Shown here piece by piece: positions 38,496 through 48,836 of a stretch of DNA of 60,900 nucleotides (the first letter of the stretch is position 1; the number at the start of each line of letters is the position of its first letter). The notes under the pieces were generated by a model. It saw only the letters and a program-made list of their open reading frames with translations, did no database searches and had not been told where the DNA came from. The DNA comes from Bdellovibrionales bacterium (GTDB lineage Bacteria > Bdellovibrionota > Bdellovibrionia > Bdellovibrionales > UBA1609). The stretch lies in the NCBI GenBank assembly GCA_038144835.1, contig JAYQON010000006.1:1959-62858 (forward strand), given 5' to 3'. Made by a program: the position numbers and the translations under genes.

Positions 38496-39206
38496 ATGAA
38501 AAGAAATATGATTCTGATTCTGGTTGCTCTTAGCACTTTGGTTTCATGTGCTCTTTTACGACCTTCAGCTAAAAGTCAGCGTGAGCAAGATCGTCAGCAA
38601 ATCCAAGCTGAGCTGAGTCAAGAGGCATCTCTTGCAGAGGATCGAGAGAAATTGGCTGATTTGCGCAGGGAAATCCCAGCCGAAAAGCAAAAAGAAAATG
38701 ACGAATTGGCTCTGCAGCTCAAATTGATGGGCCAGAGTACTGAGCAGCCTCATCTTTTGCGGCAGAAGTTTCAATTTTTAGTCCAAAAGCGACGAACGGC
38801 ATTTCGTCAGAAAACACAGAAGTTGAGGGATGAATTTAGAACTCAGGAGACTCGTCGGCGAGAGGATTTTTTTGCTGCTCAAAAGTCTAAGCGCGATATT
38901 TTTTTTAGGCGTAAACGTGATTCAAAACAGAATCGCGAGTTTTTTGCCGGCCAAGAAAAAGAACGGCAGCGGTTCGCCACTGAAGAACGGGAGCGTAGGA
39001 TGAATTTCGAGTCTGAACTCAGTGCCGAATCCAAAGACTTTAATTCGTATATGCGTGAACGGCAGAATGAGTTCAATGAGCAGTTTCGGCTCTATTCAAA
39101 AAAATTCTCCGAACGGCCCAAGGCAAGTAAGGCGGTCACTGGAGAAATCAATGAATTCAAGCGCCTGCAGGAAGTTCCCGCAACGCCACTGGGTACCGAA
39201 GATTAA
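38496..39206 (+). CDS. Charged coiled-coil lipoprotein
   Basis: Lipobox LVSC; R/E/Q-rich helix. Confidence 0.75.
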   Translation: MKRNMILILVALSTLVSCALLRPSAKSQREQDRQQIQAELSQEASLAEDREKLADLRREIPAEKQKENDELALQLKLMGQSTEQPHLLRQKFQFLVQKRRTAFRQKTQKLRDEFRTQETRRREDFFAAQKSKRDIFFRRKRDSKQNREFFAGQEKERQRFATEERERRMNFESELSAESKDFNSYMRERQNEFNEQFRLYSKKFSERPKASKAVTGEINEFKRLQEVPATPLGTED

Positions 39207-39357
39207 CAGATACGTCTCAGATCGAGACTCTAAGGATTTGACAAGAGTCAGGGCATTTTACGCCTGTTGATAACTGGGTCGGCGAGCGATCAAGGGTGAC
39301 CAGAGAGGCTGGCCTGCGTCTTGAAGTATGAAAGGGTGGGACGGAGGTAACTTGCCG

Positions 39358-39903
39358 ATGACCTTAAAAATCTTGTCAAGCCTGGTAACGTTTATATGTT
39401 TAGCTTTGTCTGCTCCAATGAGCCTCGCTGAAGGTGGACATTCAGAGGGTGGAAAAGAAATCAGCCCTGAAGAGCTCACTGACCTTGATGAAGAACTCAA
39501 GCGTGTTTTTGTTGAAAACTTTACGATCTGTGCTCAAAAGGCACTAGGGAATAGTGCTGACTGCCGCTTGGTGAATATGGGTACAAGTCGGCATCCAGAT
39601 GCCAACTATGGGGCTAAGAACTCCTGTCATAAGAACAATCCCGCTCAAGCGATCGACGTGGGCAAAATTATCTGTGGTGGTTCGAGCGCGGATCCTCAAC
39701 AAAATCCAGAAGAGTACATGTATTTTGCTAAATGTATGGCCAATGAAACACAGAACACAATGAAAGTGATTTATCGTGATCACGAAGAAGGCAATATGTT
39801 CGCCGGTGGAGACCTAGGTACTCATGAAGATCATGCGCATATCCAAAGTTTCGACTGTCAACCCAGTGGCGGTGGTCAACAAAGAACGGCTTCGAGCTAT
39901 TGA
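39358..39903 (+). CDS. Exported peptidase M15/extensin-like Zn protein
   Basis: Signal ending SLA; SCH...AIDV...HEDHAHI. Confidence 0.6.
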   Translation: MTLKILSSLVTFICLALSAPMSLAEGGHSEGGKEISPEELTDLDEELKRVFVENFTICAQKALGNSADCRLVNMGTSRHPDANYGAKNSCHKNNPAQAIDVGKIICGGSSADPQQNPEEYMYFAKCMANETQNTMKVIYRDHEEGNMFAGGDLGTHEDHAHIQSFDCQPSGGGQQRTASSY

Positions 39904-39909
39904 ATTTCT

Positions 39910-40791
39910 TTAACGAAAAGATCGTTTAGGCTGATGTTTGCCAGCCTTGGGCGTGGCTTTTACCCCTTTAGAGCTGGATTTAGTGCCTGTTTTGCTTCCG
40001 CGTCCAGACCCTTTGCGCCCTACCAGATGGTCTTCTTTGCGTTTGCGGAAAATTTTTGCCAAGGCGCCTTCATCTAGAAAGGCATATTCGCCTTTTTGCA
40101 GGCCTCCCAAAGTCAGCAGACCGATGGCTACTCGCTTGAGCTTTTTAACATCGTAGCCGATCTTATTGAACATATGGCGCACTTGGCGGTTTTTACCCTC
40201 ACCAATGACGATTTTGATCCAATCGTACTGTCGGGAATCGCCGATTTTGACTCTCTCGAGATGAAGGGCTTTGACCTTGCCTCCAGGGATTGTCACGCCT
40301 CGCAAGAGCTTATTTAACTGCTCATCACTGGGGCGACCGTCGAGCTTAGCTAGGTATGTTTTGGGGATCTCTTCGCGTGGATGAGCCACTCTCTGAGCGA
40401 AATCGCCGTCATTGGTGAGTAATAGCAGGCCTTCAGTGTCCCAGTCCAACCGGCCTACGGGAAAGACGCGAACGGGAAGTTTTTCCATGAAGTCAGCGAC
40501 GGTGGGACGACCCTCCGGGTCCTCCATGGTGGTAAGCACATTTTCGGGCTTGTAAAAGACAACGTAAATTTTTCGGGATTCTTGGCGAATGGGCTTACCG
40601 TCCACAGTGACGCGATCAACACCGGGTTCTATGCGAACGCCGAGCTCATAGACTGTTTTGCCGTTGACCTGGACGTGCCCTTTGGCGATCAATTCGTCCG
40701 CTTTACGGCGCGAAGCGATCCCGCATTCTGCGAGATACTTGTTCAGACGGGTACTGTTGGCCTTGGCGTCTTTGGTTAATCCCATAATCAA
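39910..40791 (-). CDS. rluB: RsuA-family rRNA pseudouridine synthase (RluB-like)
   Basis: S4 domain RLNKYLAECGIASRR; VGRLDWDTEGLLLLTNDG; EGKNRQVR. Confidence 0.88.
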   Translation of the reverse strand: MIMGLTKDAKANSTRLNKYLAECGIASRRKADELIAKGHVQVNGKTVYELGVRIEPGVDRVTVDGKPIRQESRKIYVVFYKPENVLTTMEDPEGRPTVADFMEKLPVRVFPVGRLDWDTEGLLLLTNDGDFAQRVAHPREEIPKTYLAKLDGRPSDEQLNKLLRGVTIPGGKVKALHLERVKIGDSRQYDWIKIVIGEGKNRQVRHMFNKIGYDVKKLKRVAIGLLTLGGLQKGEYAFLDEGALAKIFRKRKEDHLVGRKGSGRGSKTGTKSSSKGVKATPKAGKHQPKRSFR

Positions 40792-41704
40792 GATGGGTTA
40801 CCAAAAGGGTTAGCAGTCTGTCATTGGGAAAGATGTTTTTCAGCCACAAACGGCCTTTATTGAGAGCTTTTTCAGCCTCGGCCAGGTTGTCGGGAGTGGG
40901 ATGGTTGAGTAAACGGTTGCCGCGTTCGAGACGAGACACCAGTTCCTGGTAGTACGGATCACTTTGCGGATTGATAAAATAGCGTTCAGTTTTTTTGAGA
41001 GAGTGAAACAAATCCTGGGTCTCACTGAGTTTAGCTCGGATAAAGGTTTCAAACTTTTGAAAGGTGTAGCCGCGCGTGACCAGACCGTGAGTCCCCTCAC
41101 TATCCACATGAAAACAGTGAGTGGTCATTAGGCTGCCTTCAAGAACCTGGCGCACGTGAGGCATCAATTCAAGCTCTGCCGAATACTGTAAGTGTGTGAC
41201 GGGAGTTACGAGGTGCAGGCGGGGACCGCGGACCACAGCCATGGCCGGATACACCTTCACTTCGAGGCCACCACTGGGAGCGAGTAAAATCACCATAACT
41301 CGCCCGTCATCCATTTTGACGACTTTGATTTGATCCCCAGACTTTTGTCTAGGTTGATGTTCGGCGAGTGCCAGATCCTCGCTGTCTTGCTGCAGTTTGA
41401 TGTCCACGATTTGAAGAGTGTCGGGATGTCGTAGGTCGCGCCAGGCATCAGCTTCGTTACCCACGGTGTACTGTTTGAGGTAACTGAGTAGATCACCACG
41501 AACTGTCGTGCTGAGATGCTGAGCCTCTTGGCGCCAGTGATCAAACTGCAGTACACGAGCGTAAAATGCCTCTATCACCTCGGGTGCAAAAGGGACGCTG
41601 GGCTCCATGAAATGTTTTAAAAAATTATAGAGCGTGAATCGAGCCTGATTTCGTTGCGGATCAAGTTTTAAAAGATACTGGGCGAACTGACTCACTGGTG
41701 TCAT
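40703..41704 (-). CDS. Hypothetical protein
   Basis: 333-aa ORF overlapping the rluB start. Confidence 0.75.
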   Translation of the reverse strand: MTPVSQFAQYLLKLDPQRNQARFTLYNFLKHFMEPSVPFAPEVIEAFYARVLQFDHWRQEAQHLSTTVRGDLLSYLKQYTVGNEADAWRDLRHPDTLQIVDIKLQQDSEDLALAEHQPRQKSGDQIKVVKMDDGRVMVILLAPSGGLEVKVYPAMAVVRGPRLHLVTPVTHLQYSAELELMPHVRQVLEGSLMTTHCFHVDSEGTHGLVTRGYTFQKFETFIRAKLSETQDLFHSLKKTERYFINPQSDPYYQELVSRLERGNRLLNHPTPDNLAEAEKALNKGRLWLKNIFPNDRLLTLLVTHLDYGINQRRQGQQYPSEQVSRRMRDRFAP

Positions 41705-41761
41705 AATTTAACGATAGAGTGGAACACTCGACTTCGTCCACTTGAAAAAAGGGGAGACTTA

Positions 41762-42265
41762 ATGGCACGTGAACTCAACCGTGATTTGTTTGGCGTAGGT
41801 GGGCGAGTGGAAGAGTCACCAACTTCGGTGGCGTCACCGGCTTTTGCCAAAGCCGATGAGCTGCGAGTGTTGCATTTGCACGTCGAAGCCCTTTCGAAGC
41901 GTCTTAAGGAGTTTGAGTCCCGCGTCGAGGTCATGAATACAAAGACAGAAGAAGTTGTTAAGCAGAATAAACAGCGTTTTGAGCGAGTGCAGGGACATTT
42001 TCAACGTCACGGAGAAATGGTTCAAAATGGATTCAACGACATCAATGCAAAGCTGGCGCAAGTGATTAGTCGTGTGAACGAGCGTAAAGTATCTGAAAAT
42101 GCTATAAAGGAAATGGTCGATCGCCATGCCCAGTTGGTGCAGTCCTTCGAATTACGTATGCAGCAGCTCCAACGAGTCATCAGCGAGCAGGAGTTGCAGT
42201 TGATGAACGCGCGCAATGAGCTGAAAGAGGCTCTACATGAATTGGCGCGTCTGAAAAAAATCTGA
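41762..42265 (+). CDS. Coiled-coil hypothetical protein
   Basis: SD GGGGAG; heptad-rich 167 aa. Confidence 0.8.
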   Translation: MARELNRDLFGVGGRVEESPTSVASPAFAKADELRVLHLHVEALSKRLKEFESRVEVMNTKTEEVVKQNKQRFERVQGHFQRHGEMVQNGFNDINAKLAQVISRVNERKVSENAIKEMVDRHAQLVQSFELRMQQLQRVISEQELQLMNARNELKEALHELARLKKI

Positions 42266-42343
42266 TAGCGCATCGCGCTGCACGCTGATTATTGAAATTG
42301 TTGAATCTTCCCATTAGCTTTTCAAGCCAACATTGGGGGGGCA

Positions 42344-43654
42344 ATGGAGTCAATTCGTCGTCGCGATTTTTTAGCCATGCTGATGGCTTCAGGAGTGTCT
42401 GCGCACGCCCGCAGTTTAGACACAGATTCTTGGCTTTATCGGGAAGAAGAAAAAAAAGGATTTTCTATTCTTCAGGGCTTCACGAATGAAGTCAGCGCTC
42501 AGTTTTCACTTCTATTGCCCAAGAGAGGTGTTTGGTCGATTGAGATCACAGAGAATGGCCATTCCGAGCTTTTAGAGTTGCAACAAGAGATTCATAGTCG
42601 TGAATTTTCCGATCTCTGCGTGCACAAGATCACGGTTTCTAATCTGAGACTGGGCCGAAATTATATTTTAAGTGTCAGAAATACCGAAGGATTCGTCGTC
42701 GACCAACGTGAGTTTTCTGCTTTGGATCTCTCTTCACGCCAAACGCGGTTGGCTTTTTTGTCATGTGCTTTGGATCTGCTTCACCGCGATGATGTATGGC
42801 TTCAATTGGAGACACAGAAGCCAGAACTGATTTTTTTTCTGGGAGATAATGTTTACGCTGATCGGCTCTCCTGGATCAGGAAAAAAATTGCTGATGGCAA
42901 ACAGTTGTGGGATCGCTACGTGGAAACTCGGCAAAGGGTTGCTTTCTATTTTCAGAGGCGGTTAACCCCGGTCGTTGCTATTTGGGACGATCACGATTTT
43001 GGTGGCAATAATTTAGGTCGGTCCTATCCACACAAACAAGAGTCCGTGAGGGTCTTCGAAACCTTTTTTGCGCAATCTGAGTCGCAAGGTCTGAGTCGCG
43101 GACCGGGGATAGCACGCCAATTTTCTGCCTTTGGTGCAGATTTTTATCTTTTGGACGGCCGTTATTTTCGTGATGATTCACGTGTGAGCGGGGCCAAAAT
43201 GTTTGGCTCTTTGCAAGAAAAATGGCTGTTTAGCCAAATAAGACCGCGCGCTTCTTTTTTACTAAATGGATCCATGTTTTTTGGTGGCTATACGCAAAAG
43301 GATTCATTTGAAGGTCAATTCGATGATGATTTTAATAATTTTTTGATGCGTTTACGTGCAAGTGACGGGTTATTTTGTTTTGCTGGTGGAGATGTGCATT
43401 TTTCTGAAGTGCAATCCATCGAGGCCGCCCAGCTGGGTTATCCGACTTTTGAGCTCACATCGAGTTCGATTCACAGTATGACTTTTCCCGGCCATGAGCA
43501 CCGTTGGACGAATTCGCGTCGAAAGGCTTCGACTAGCAGTCACAACTTTTGCATTTTTGACGGCTGTTTTAGTGACGATCGAATTGAGGGTGAAATCAGC
43601 TCATTTTCGGCGCGAGGCGCGGAGTTTAAAGTGGGAGTCGTGGCAGCACGTTGA
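42344..43654 (+). CDS. phoD: PhoD-family phosphatase, Tat-exported
   Basis: RRRDFL twin-arginine signal; FLGDNVYAD, WDDHD, GDVH. Confidence 0.88.
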   Translation: MESIRRRDFLAMLMASGVSAHARSLDTDSWLYREEEKKGFSILQGFTNEVSAQFSLLLPKRGVWSIEITENGHSELLELQQEIHSREFSDLCVHKITVSNLRLGRNYILSVRNTEGFVVDQREFSALDLSSRQTRLAFLSCALDLLHRDDVWLQLETQKPELIFFLGDNVYADRLSWIRKKIADGKQLWDRYVETRQRVAFYFQRRLTPVVAIWDDHDFGGNNLGRSYPHKQESVRVFETFFAQSESQGLSRGPGIARQFSAFGADFYLLDGRYFRDDSRVSGAKMFGSLQEKWLFSQIRPRASFLLNGSMFFGGYTQKDSFEGQFDDDFNNFLMRLRASDGLFCFAGGDVHFSEVQSIEAAQLGYPTFELTSSSIHSMTFPGHEHRWTNSRRKASTSSHNFCIFDGCFSDDRIEGEISSFSARGAEFKVGVVAAR

Positions 43655-43704
43655 GAAAAAAGCACTGACAGATTTAATTTAGGACGTTAGATTTTTTAGC
43701 CAAG

Positions 43705-45558
43705 ATGATCGGATTTTATTGCACAAAGCCAAGAGAAGCACCGGTATTCAATTCACTCAAAGCAAGTCTTAAAACCAGTTCACTGGCATTGGATCAATCG
43801 CATTGCCAGATTTTTGGATGCGATATTAAAATTTACGGTGATATCGCAATCGGATGTTCTGGCTATTTGCGTGGCCAACCTGAACCAGAACGATATGTAT
43901 ATGATATGTTTTGCTTGAAGGGACCGCGCTTTGTTAGGGACCTCGAGGGATCTTTTTTTATAACGATCTATCGCCAATCTGATCAGTCATTGTTTTTGTT
44001 CAATAATTTTATTGATGCTTTCCAGCTCTATTATTTTATCGATGGGCAAGGAGTTTATTTTTCAAAGCACCTTCAAGATCTCCTCAGAACCTTTCCGATC
44101 TCCCGAAAAGTCCATTTTGGCAGTGTGAGATCTTTCCTGGCTAATGGATTTACCTGGTCTGATCAAACGCAACTGGACGGAGTCAAAAAACTTTTGCCGG
44201 CACATTATATCCATGCTCAGCCAGAGGGCATAAAAGTCGCTAATTTATGGGAAGGCCACTTGCAATTTCGGCGGCGACAATTCGCCAATCTTGAAGATCA
44301 TCTGGATCTTTATGAAAGTCGTTTTCGCCAAGGAATTGCCGATTATTTAGATCAATCTCAACCAAAGGAGTTGGGCTGTTTACTTAGTGGCGGTCATGAC
44401 ACTTCTTTCGTTTTGCACCATGCCGCGCAATGTTTTGCGAAACCCGTACATGCCTTTACGGTGACGTTTCCCGATTGGAATTTCAGCGAAGAATCAAGTG
44501 CCGCCAATATTGCTCGCAAAACCGGATCCATTCATCATTGTGTACCCTTTCGACCAGATAATTTGAATGCGTTGGTTTCATTGATACAGGCTTGTGAAGA
44601 GCCTGTTGTCGGCTCCACGCTGCCTCTGCATTGCTTGGCTGATCAGGCCTCTCGTGTTGTGGATTGTATGTTTGGGGGCGATGGGGGAGATACTCTCTGG
44701 GCCGAATACCATCCGGTAGCTGAGGTGCACCGCTATATCAAGTACCTTCCCTTGATGGGCCGCAAGAGCGTGCACCGTATGAGTCGTGGCGTAGCGAAAG
44801 TTTTAGGTTGGGAAAGGCTATGGGAGCTCGAGCACGTTTTGGGACTCTTTGCCCGACCAGATTTTTATCAGCATTTTATGCTGCATTTATGCACCTATCG
44901 TCACTTTGATCAACGCTGGCAGAACCGAGTTTTTCGACCCGAAGTGGTTAATGTTGATTATTCTGTTCCTTCTTACGAAGTGCCTTTTAATGCCGAAAAT
45001 TTTGACGAAGCTCTTATCGAAGGCAAACTCTTTAATGCTTTTTTTACCTATCAATCTTTTTCTCAGAGCAAAAGCCTGAATTACTTTGGTCTGCCATTCT
45101 TTTTGCCTAGTCTCACCAAAGATGTCGTTGATTTGATAACCTCTTTGCCCCGGCACTGGGTGAATGGTGGAACGACATTGCACAGATTGAGTAACAGCAA
45201 GAAAACCAATCGTATGTTTCACAAAATGGCTTTAAAACGTCATTTTGAGCAAGGCGAAATTTACAATCGAAGTTTTGATATGCCATGGCATCGGCTTCTA
45301 AAGCCACGCAAAGAGCTTTTAGGGAACCTCAAGAATTCCCTACTGAATAGAGGATGGTTTCAAGAGGAAGGTTTGAATGAATTATTTGAAGGTTTTTTGC
45401 AGTTTCGCAACAAGGACCATGAAATTATTGAGCTTCGCGACAATGGTTATCGAATTTTCACCTTGATGAGCCTTGAGGCCTGGTGCCGAATTTATTTGGA
45501 CGATCGATGGTCGGGTCGAGCGGGATTGAACGAGGATCTAGAAAGATTTTTTGCTTAA
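43705..45558 (+). CDS. Asparagine synthetase-like ATP-dependent amidotransferase
   Basis: LLSGGHDTS PP-loop, GDGGD; no Cys at position 2. Confidence 0.8.
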   Translation: MIGFYCTKPREAPVFNSLKASLKTSSLALDQSHCQIFGCDIKIYGDIAIGCSGYLRGQPEPERYVYDMFCLKGPRFVRDLEGSFFITIYRQSDQSLFLFNNFIDAFQLYYFIDGQGVYFSKHLQDLLRTFPISRKVHFGSVRSFLANGFTWSDQTQLDGVKKLLPAHYIHAQPEGIKVANLWEGHLQFRRRQFANLEDHLDLYESRFRQGIADYLDQSQPKELGCLLSGGHDTSFVLHHAAQCFAKPVHAFTVTFPDWNFSEESSAANIARKTGSIHHCVPFRPDNLNALVSLIQACEEPVVGSTLPLHCLADQASRVVDCMFGGDGGDTLWAEYHPVAEVHRYIKYLPLMGRKSVHRMSRGVAKVLGWERLWELEHVLGLFARPDFYQHFMLHLCTYRHFDQRWQNRVFRPEVVNVDYSVPSYEVPFNAENFDEALIEGKLFNAFFTYQSFSQSKSLNYFGLPFFLPSLTKDVVDLITSLPRHWVNGGTTLHRLSNSKKTNRMFHKMALKRHFEQGEIYNRSFDMPWHRLLKPRKELLGNLKNSLLNRGWFQEEGLNELFEGFLQFRNKDHEIIELRDNGYRIFTLMSLEAWCRIYLDDRWSGRAGLNEDLERFFA

Positions 45559-47646
45559 GTTTGGTTCGGTCGCATTCATCAAATTTTTCGATGTGCGCAA
45601 AATATCGGGAATTTTCTCCCAGCTAATCTTAAGCCAATGATTCAAGGACCTCACGAGCAAGTGCTGTTCTTGACCAAATTCCGTTCGCTCGAGGCTCTTT
45701 TGAGCAAATTTTAATGAAGAGTTAGCTTCACTCCACTGCTGGTTTGCCAATTGAAACTGAGCGAGGGATTCGTGAAGGAAAAAAGCCTCTGGAGCAGTAC
45801 CAAGATCATTGGCCACCTGACTCATGAATTCATGCAGAGACTTGCTGGGCGCCGAGTCGTTTGGCTTTCTAAAAACCAAGGCTAAATTGTGTCTGAAGAA
45901 TTCGACAAAACCTACGGAATTAGCTGCATGAATTAGACGTGAGGTAAATTCAGTGGAGCGCATCGAAACATAGATGTAAGTGTCGGTGAGTTGTTCTAGC
46001 CTATCTTTGGGAATTCGAACGAGCTTAAAGTGGCGCTTGCCCTCAAGTCTTTGCGTATAAATGGTGGACTCCACACTGACTTGGTCTGGATTGCTATTAT
46101 AAATTCTGTCCATGACGTTACCGTAAAGTCCAATATTGGCTGTTAGGACAGGAACGTTAAACATCACTGCATTTTGAGATTTGATTTGGATCAATGAATA
46201 AATCGATTTCCAAGGGATCATTGTTGCACGCTTTTTATTGGCATAATTGGCAAAGCTCTTCTCATAGCCAGTCAGGCAGCCCGTCAATACAATTAAGATA
46301 GAAAAAAATTTTGTCAGACGGTGACCGAAGGTGCCGCGAATATTTGCAGCCTCTTGGAGGGCAACAAAGATAAAGAAAAGTAGCCCAGGCACAATGAGAA
46401 TATAATATCTCGCATGCAGTTCCCAGTTAATGACTGCGTAGACGGACTCAAATAATAGTGCGAACCCCATAAAAAATAGACATCCTACAATACTGATTAC
46501 CAAAAGACGCTGTTCGCTCTTTTTCTTTAATGAGAGCCAGGCTCCAACGCCTAAAAGGCCGATGAGCGCCGCAATCAGAAATTGATATTGTTCGAAAATA
46601 TCGAGATAGCTGCGAATTTCAATCCAACCAAAATTGCTGAGCGCTTCAAAAATTAAAGAATAATAGCTTTCCTCATAAAATTGATTCCATTTTTTTGAGA
46701 GTGTATAAATCTGATAAAAAATTGGTGTTGATAGCAATAAAGACGTGCTCGTGATGAGCCAAACTTTAAGGACTCGGTCCTTGTTTTTTGTGAACCATAT
46801 TGGTGTGACTGCTATTGCTAGTGCACACACGGCGACGATTGGTTGTAGTCCAGTGGCCATTTGCAATAGCAATCCAGAGGCCAATAAACTTTTGGCGTTA
46901 GCCCTTGGGTTATTAAGAAATTCCCAAAAAAAATACAGATAAAGAATAAAGCTGAAGGCGCTCAATGAAATTGGGCGAGCTTCGACATTGTACCAAGCGA
47001 GTACTGGATGAAATAAAAAAACAAATGTGGCGCTTGCGGCAAGAAAAGAGTCGACTTTAAAAGCCCTTAAAAGGTGAAAAAATAGCCATACGCTGAGTCC
47101 ACCAAAAATATTGGCGTGCAAGCGGACGACCCACTCCATTTCGCCCAAGAAATACTTGGCACCCCACGAAAAAATATAATCTAAAGGCGGCTGTTGTTGA
47201 GAGGCCGCTGAAGCGACGATGTGGCTTTGCTTAACCCATGCGATTATTGGATAAAACTGATACTCCTCATCCATCCACAAAGTGAGGCCTTTTAAGGGCA
47301 GTAGACGAAATCGCCAGACGAGAGCTAAAATGACAATGAGTCCGAGTGCTCCAAAGGCAAGATGGCGCATAGAGGCTCGGCTTTTTAGCTTGGGTTTCAT
47401 CTCCATTTTGCCAAGGTCGAGGGCGCTGAGGGTAAATGCGGTCGTGATCAAGGCAAGATAAGAGACAAGATAAATATCCGTGGATACAGTAAAAGTAAGT
47501 GCATTTAGTATCGATAAAACGACTGAATAGCTCGCAAATAAAACAAGAATCAGTCTGAAAAAAACCGCATATCCCATTGGCTCCTCGCTGGTTGCAGTTT
47601 TTGATATGAAGTTGGTGATATGCCCCTTTTTGAATCGAGTTGGCAT
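45538..47646 (-). CDS. GT-C (ArnT/PMT-like) membrane glycosyltransferase
   Basis: Multiple TM helices; LWMDE, QPPL, EWVVRL, EARP motifs. Confidence 0.8.
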   Translation of the reverse strand: MPTRFKKGHITNFISKTATSEEPMGYAVFFRLILVLFASYSVVLSILNALTFTVSTDIYLVSYLALITTAFTLSALDLGKMEMKPKLKSRASMRHLAFGALGLIVILALVWRFRLLPLKGLTLWMDEEYQFYPIIAWVKQSHIVASAASQQQPPLDYIFSWGAKYFLGEMEWVVRLHANIFGGLSVWLFFHLLRAFKVDSFLAASATFVFLFHPVLAWYNVEARPISLSAFSFILYLYFFWEFLNNPRANAKSLLASGLLLQMATGLQPIVAVCALAIAVTPIWFTKNKDRVLKVWLITSTSLLLSTPIFYQIYTLSKKWNQFYEESYYSLIFEALSNFGWIEIRSYLDIFEQYQFLIAALIGLLGVGAWLSLKKKSEQRLLVISIVGCLFFMGFALLFESVYAVINWELHARYYILIVPGLLFFIFVALQEAANIRGTFGHRLTKFFSILIVLTGCLTGYEKSFANYANKKRATMIPWKSIYSLIQIKSQNAVMFNVPVLTANIGLYGNVMDRIYNSNPDQVSVESTIYTQRLEGKRHFKLVRIPKDRLEQLTDTYIYVSMRSTEFTSRLIHAANSVGFVEFFRHNLALVFRKPNDSAPSKSLHEFMSQVANDLGTAPEAFFLHESLAQFQLANQQWSEANSSLKFAQKSLERTEFGQEQHLLVRSLNHWLKISWEKIPDILRTSKNLMNATEPNLSKKSF

Positions 47647-47758
47647 ATATCGATAATGGGAGCGTGATTTTTTGAGCCTGTCAAAGACTTCTGTGGGTTG
47701 TAATGAGGTACATTAGTTTGATGCTTTGAAAACAGAATTGTGCTAAACCAGCGGCGCG

Positions 47759-48715
47759 ATGTTGGGTGTAAATTTCGCTAAGTACATTGCTAGTCAAAAG
47801 GTCTTTTTCAGCGTGATGCTGCTTGCTTGTTTTATGACTCCCTTAGCGCAAGGGGCAGTTCAGCTGGCTGTGCCTGCCATTGATTGTGCGTGCAAGCCCA
47901 ATGAAAATAAGGATTTAGTAGGACCAAGCCAAATTAATTTTGGCTATTATCTTGGTTATTGTGTTGATTCCTGTCATTACAGAAAGTCTTCTACCCTTTC
48001 TCTTAGAAGTGGTGATCTGAACCATCAAAAAGATAGAGTTGTGATCACTAACTTAAAACACCAAGATAGCTTTTGGAGAGCTGAATTGCCCATCTATTCA
48101 GTAGAGAGTGCGTGGATCGGTTTTGAAGAGTTTATGCCAGGAATTTTTCATGTCTTTTTAGTTTTTGATTTTGAACAGAAATCTCCAGTTGTTCTGCGCA
48201 ATCAAGAAAAATCAAAAACGCCAATCAGTATGAAAATCAAAGAAGTTGTCGTGTCTCCTGAGGGCGTTCCACCACGCGAGGGAAGATACAATCTGTTTGA
48301 CGCGTATTTAGAGAGATATCCTTTAGGTATTCGAGCAATTTCCAAAACTGAATTGGTGAATTGGTCGGTAAAAAAGCTGAAGCATCCAGTCCGTCTGTAT
48401 CCTCTCCAACTCAGTTTTCACCAGAAGGTAGAACTGCTTAAGGCCAGTCTATCCGTGCTGGATTTTGAAAGTTTTAGGGAAAAATATAGTCTTTTAAAGA
48501 ACAACTGTGCCACCAAGGTGCTTGATTTGATCGATGCGGTGGTAAAGCCCGAAAGCCAGAGGCACCCCTTTTATTATAGTTGGCTTTATAATCTTGAGCG
48601 AGCTTTGCCCGTTGCTGGGCCCATTGGTACTCTCAATATTTTGTTGAATCGCAAGCTCATTGCAGACGCTCGTGGGGTGTCGTTAGGGCCTAATCCCAGC
48701 CATGGATCTTTGTGA
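47759..48715 (+). CDS. Exported DUF4105/Lnb-N-like protein
   Basis: Signal peptide; FHVFLVF and YSLLKNNCAT motifs. Confidence 0.6.
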   Translation: MLGVNFAKYIASQKVFFSVMLLACFMTPLAQGAVQLAVPAIDCACKPNENKDLVGPSQINFGYYLGYCVDSCHYRKSSTLSLRSGDLNHQKDRVVITNLKHQDSFWRAELPIYSVESAWIGFEEFMPGIFHVFLVFDFEQKSPVVLRNQEKSKTPISMKIKEVVVSPEGVPPREGRYNLFDAYLERYPLGIRAISKTELVNWSVKKLKHPVRLYPLQLSFHQKVELLKASLSVLDFESFREKYSLLKNNCATKVLDLIDAVVKPESQRHPFYYSWLYNLERALPVAGPIGTLNILLNRKLIADARGVSLGPNPSHGSL

Positions 48716-48836
48716 GTTCGGCGCCGTCTATTTTTTGGTCAACTAGGTCCCTAAATCGGCACTTGATGATTTAGTTTGTGCAGAAATGCTATAGTTTTTT
48801 GGGTAATGTGCCTCAGGGTTGCATTGTACCCAGAAT

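Noticed and set aside
43705..45558. Lasso peptide cyclase cluster
   Set aside because: No adjacent B protein/RRE or precursor peptide seen.
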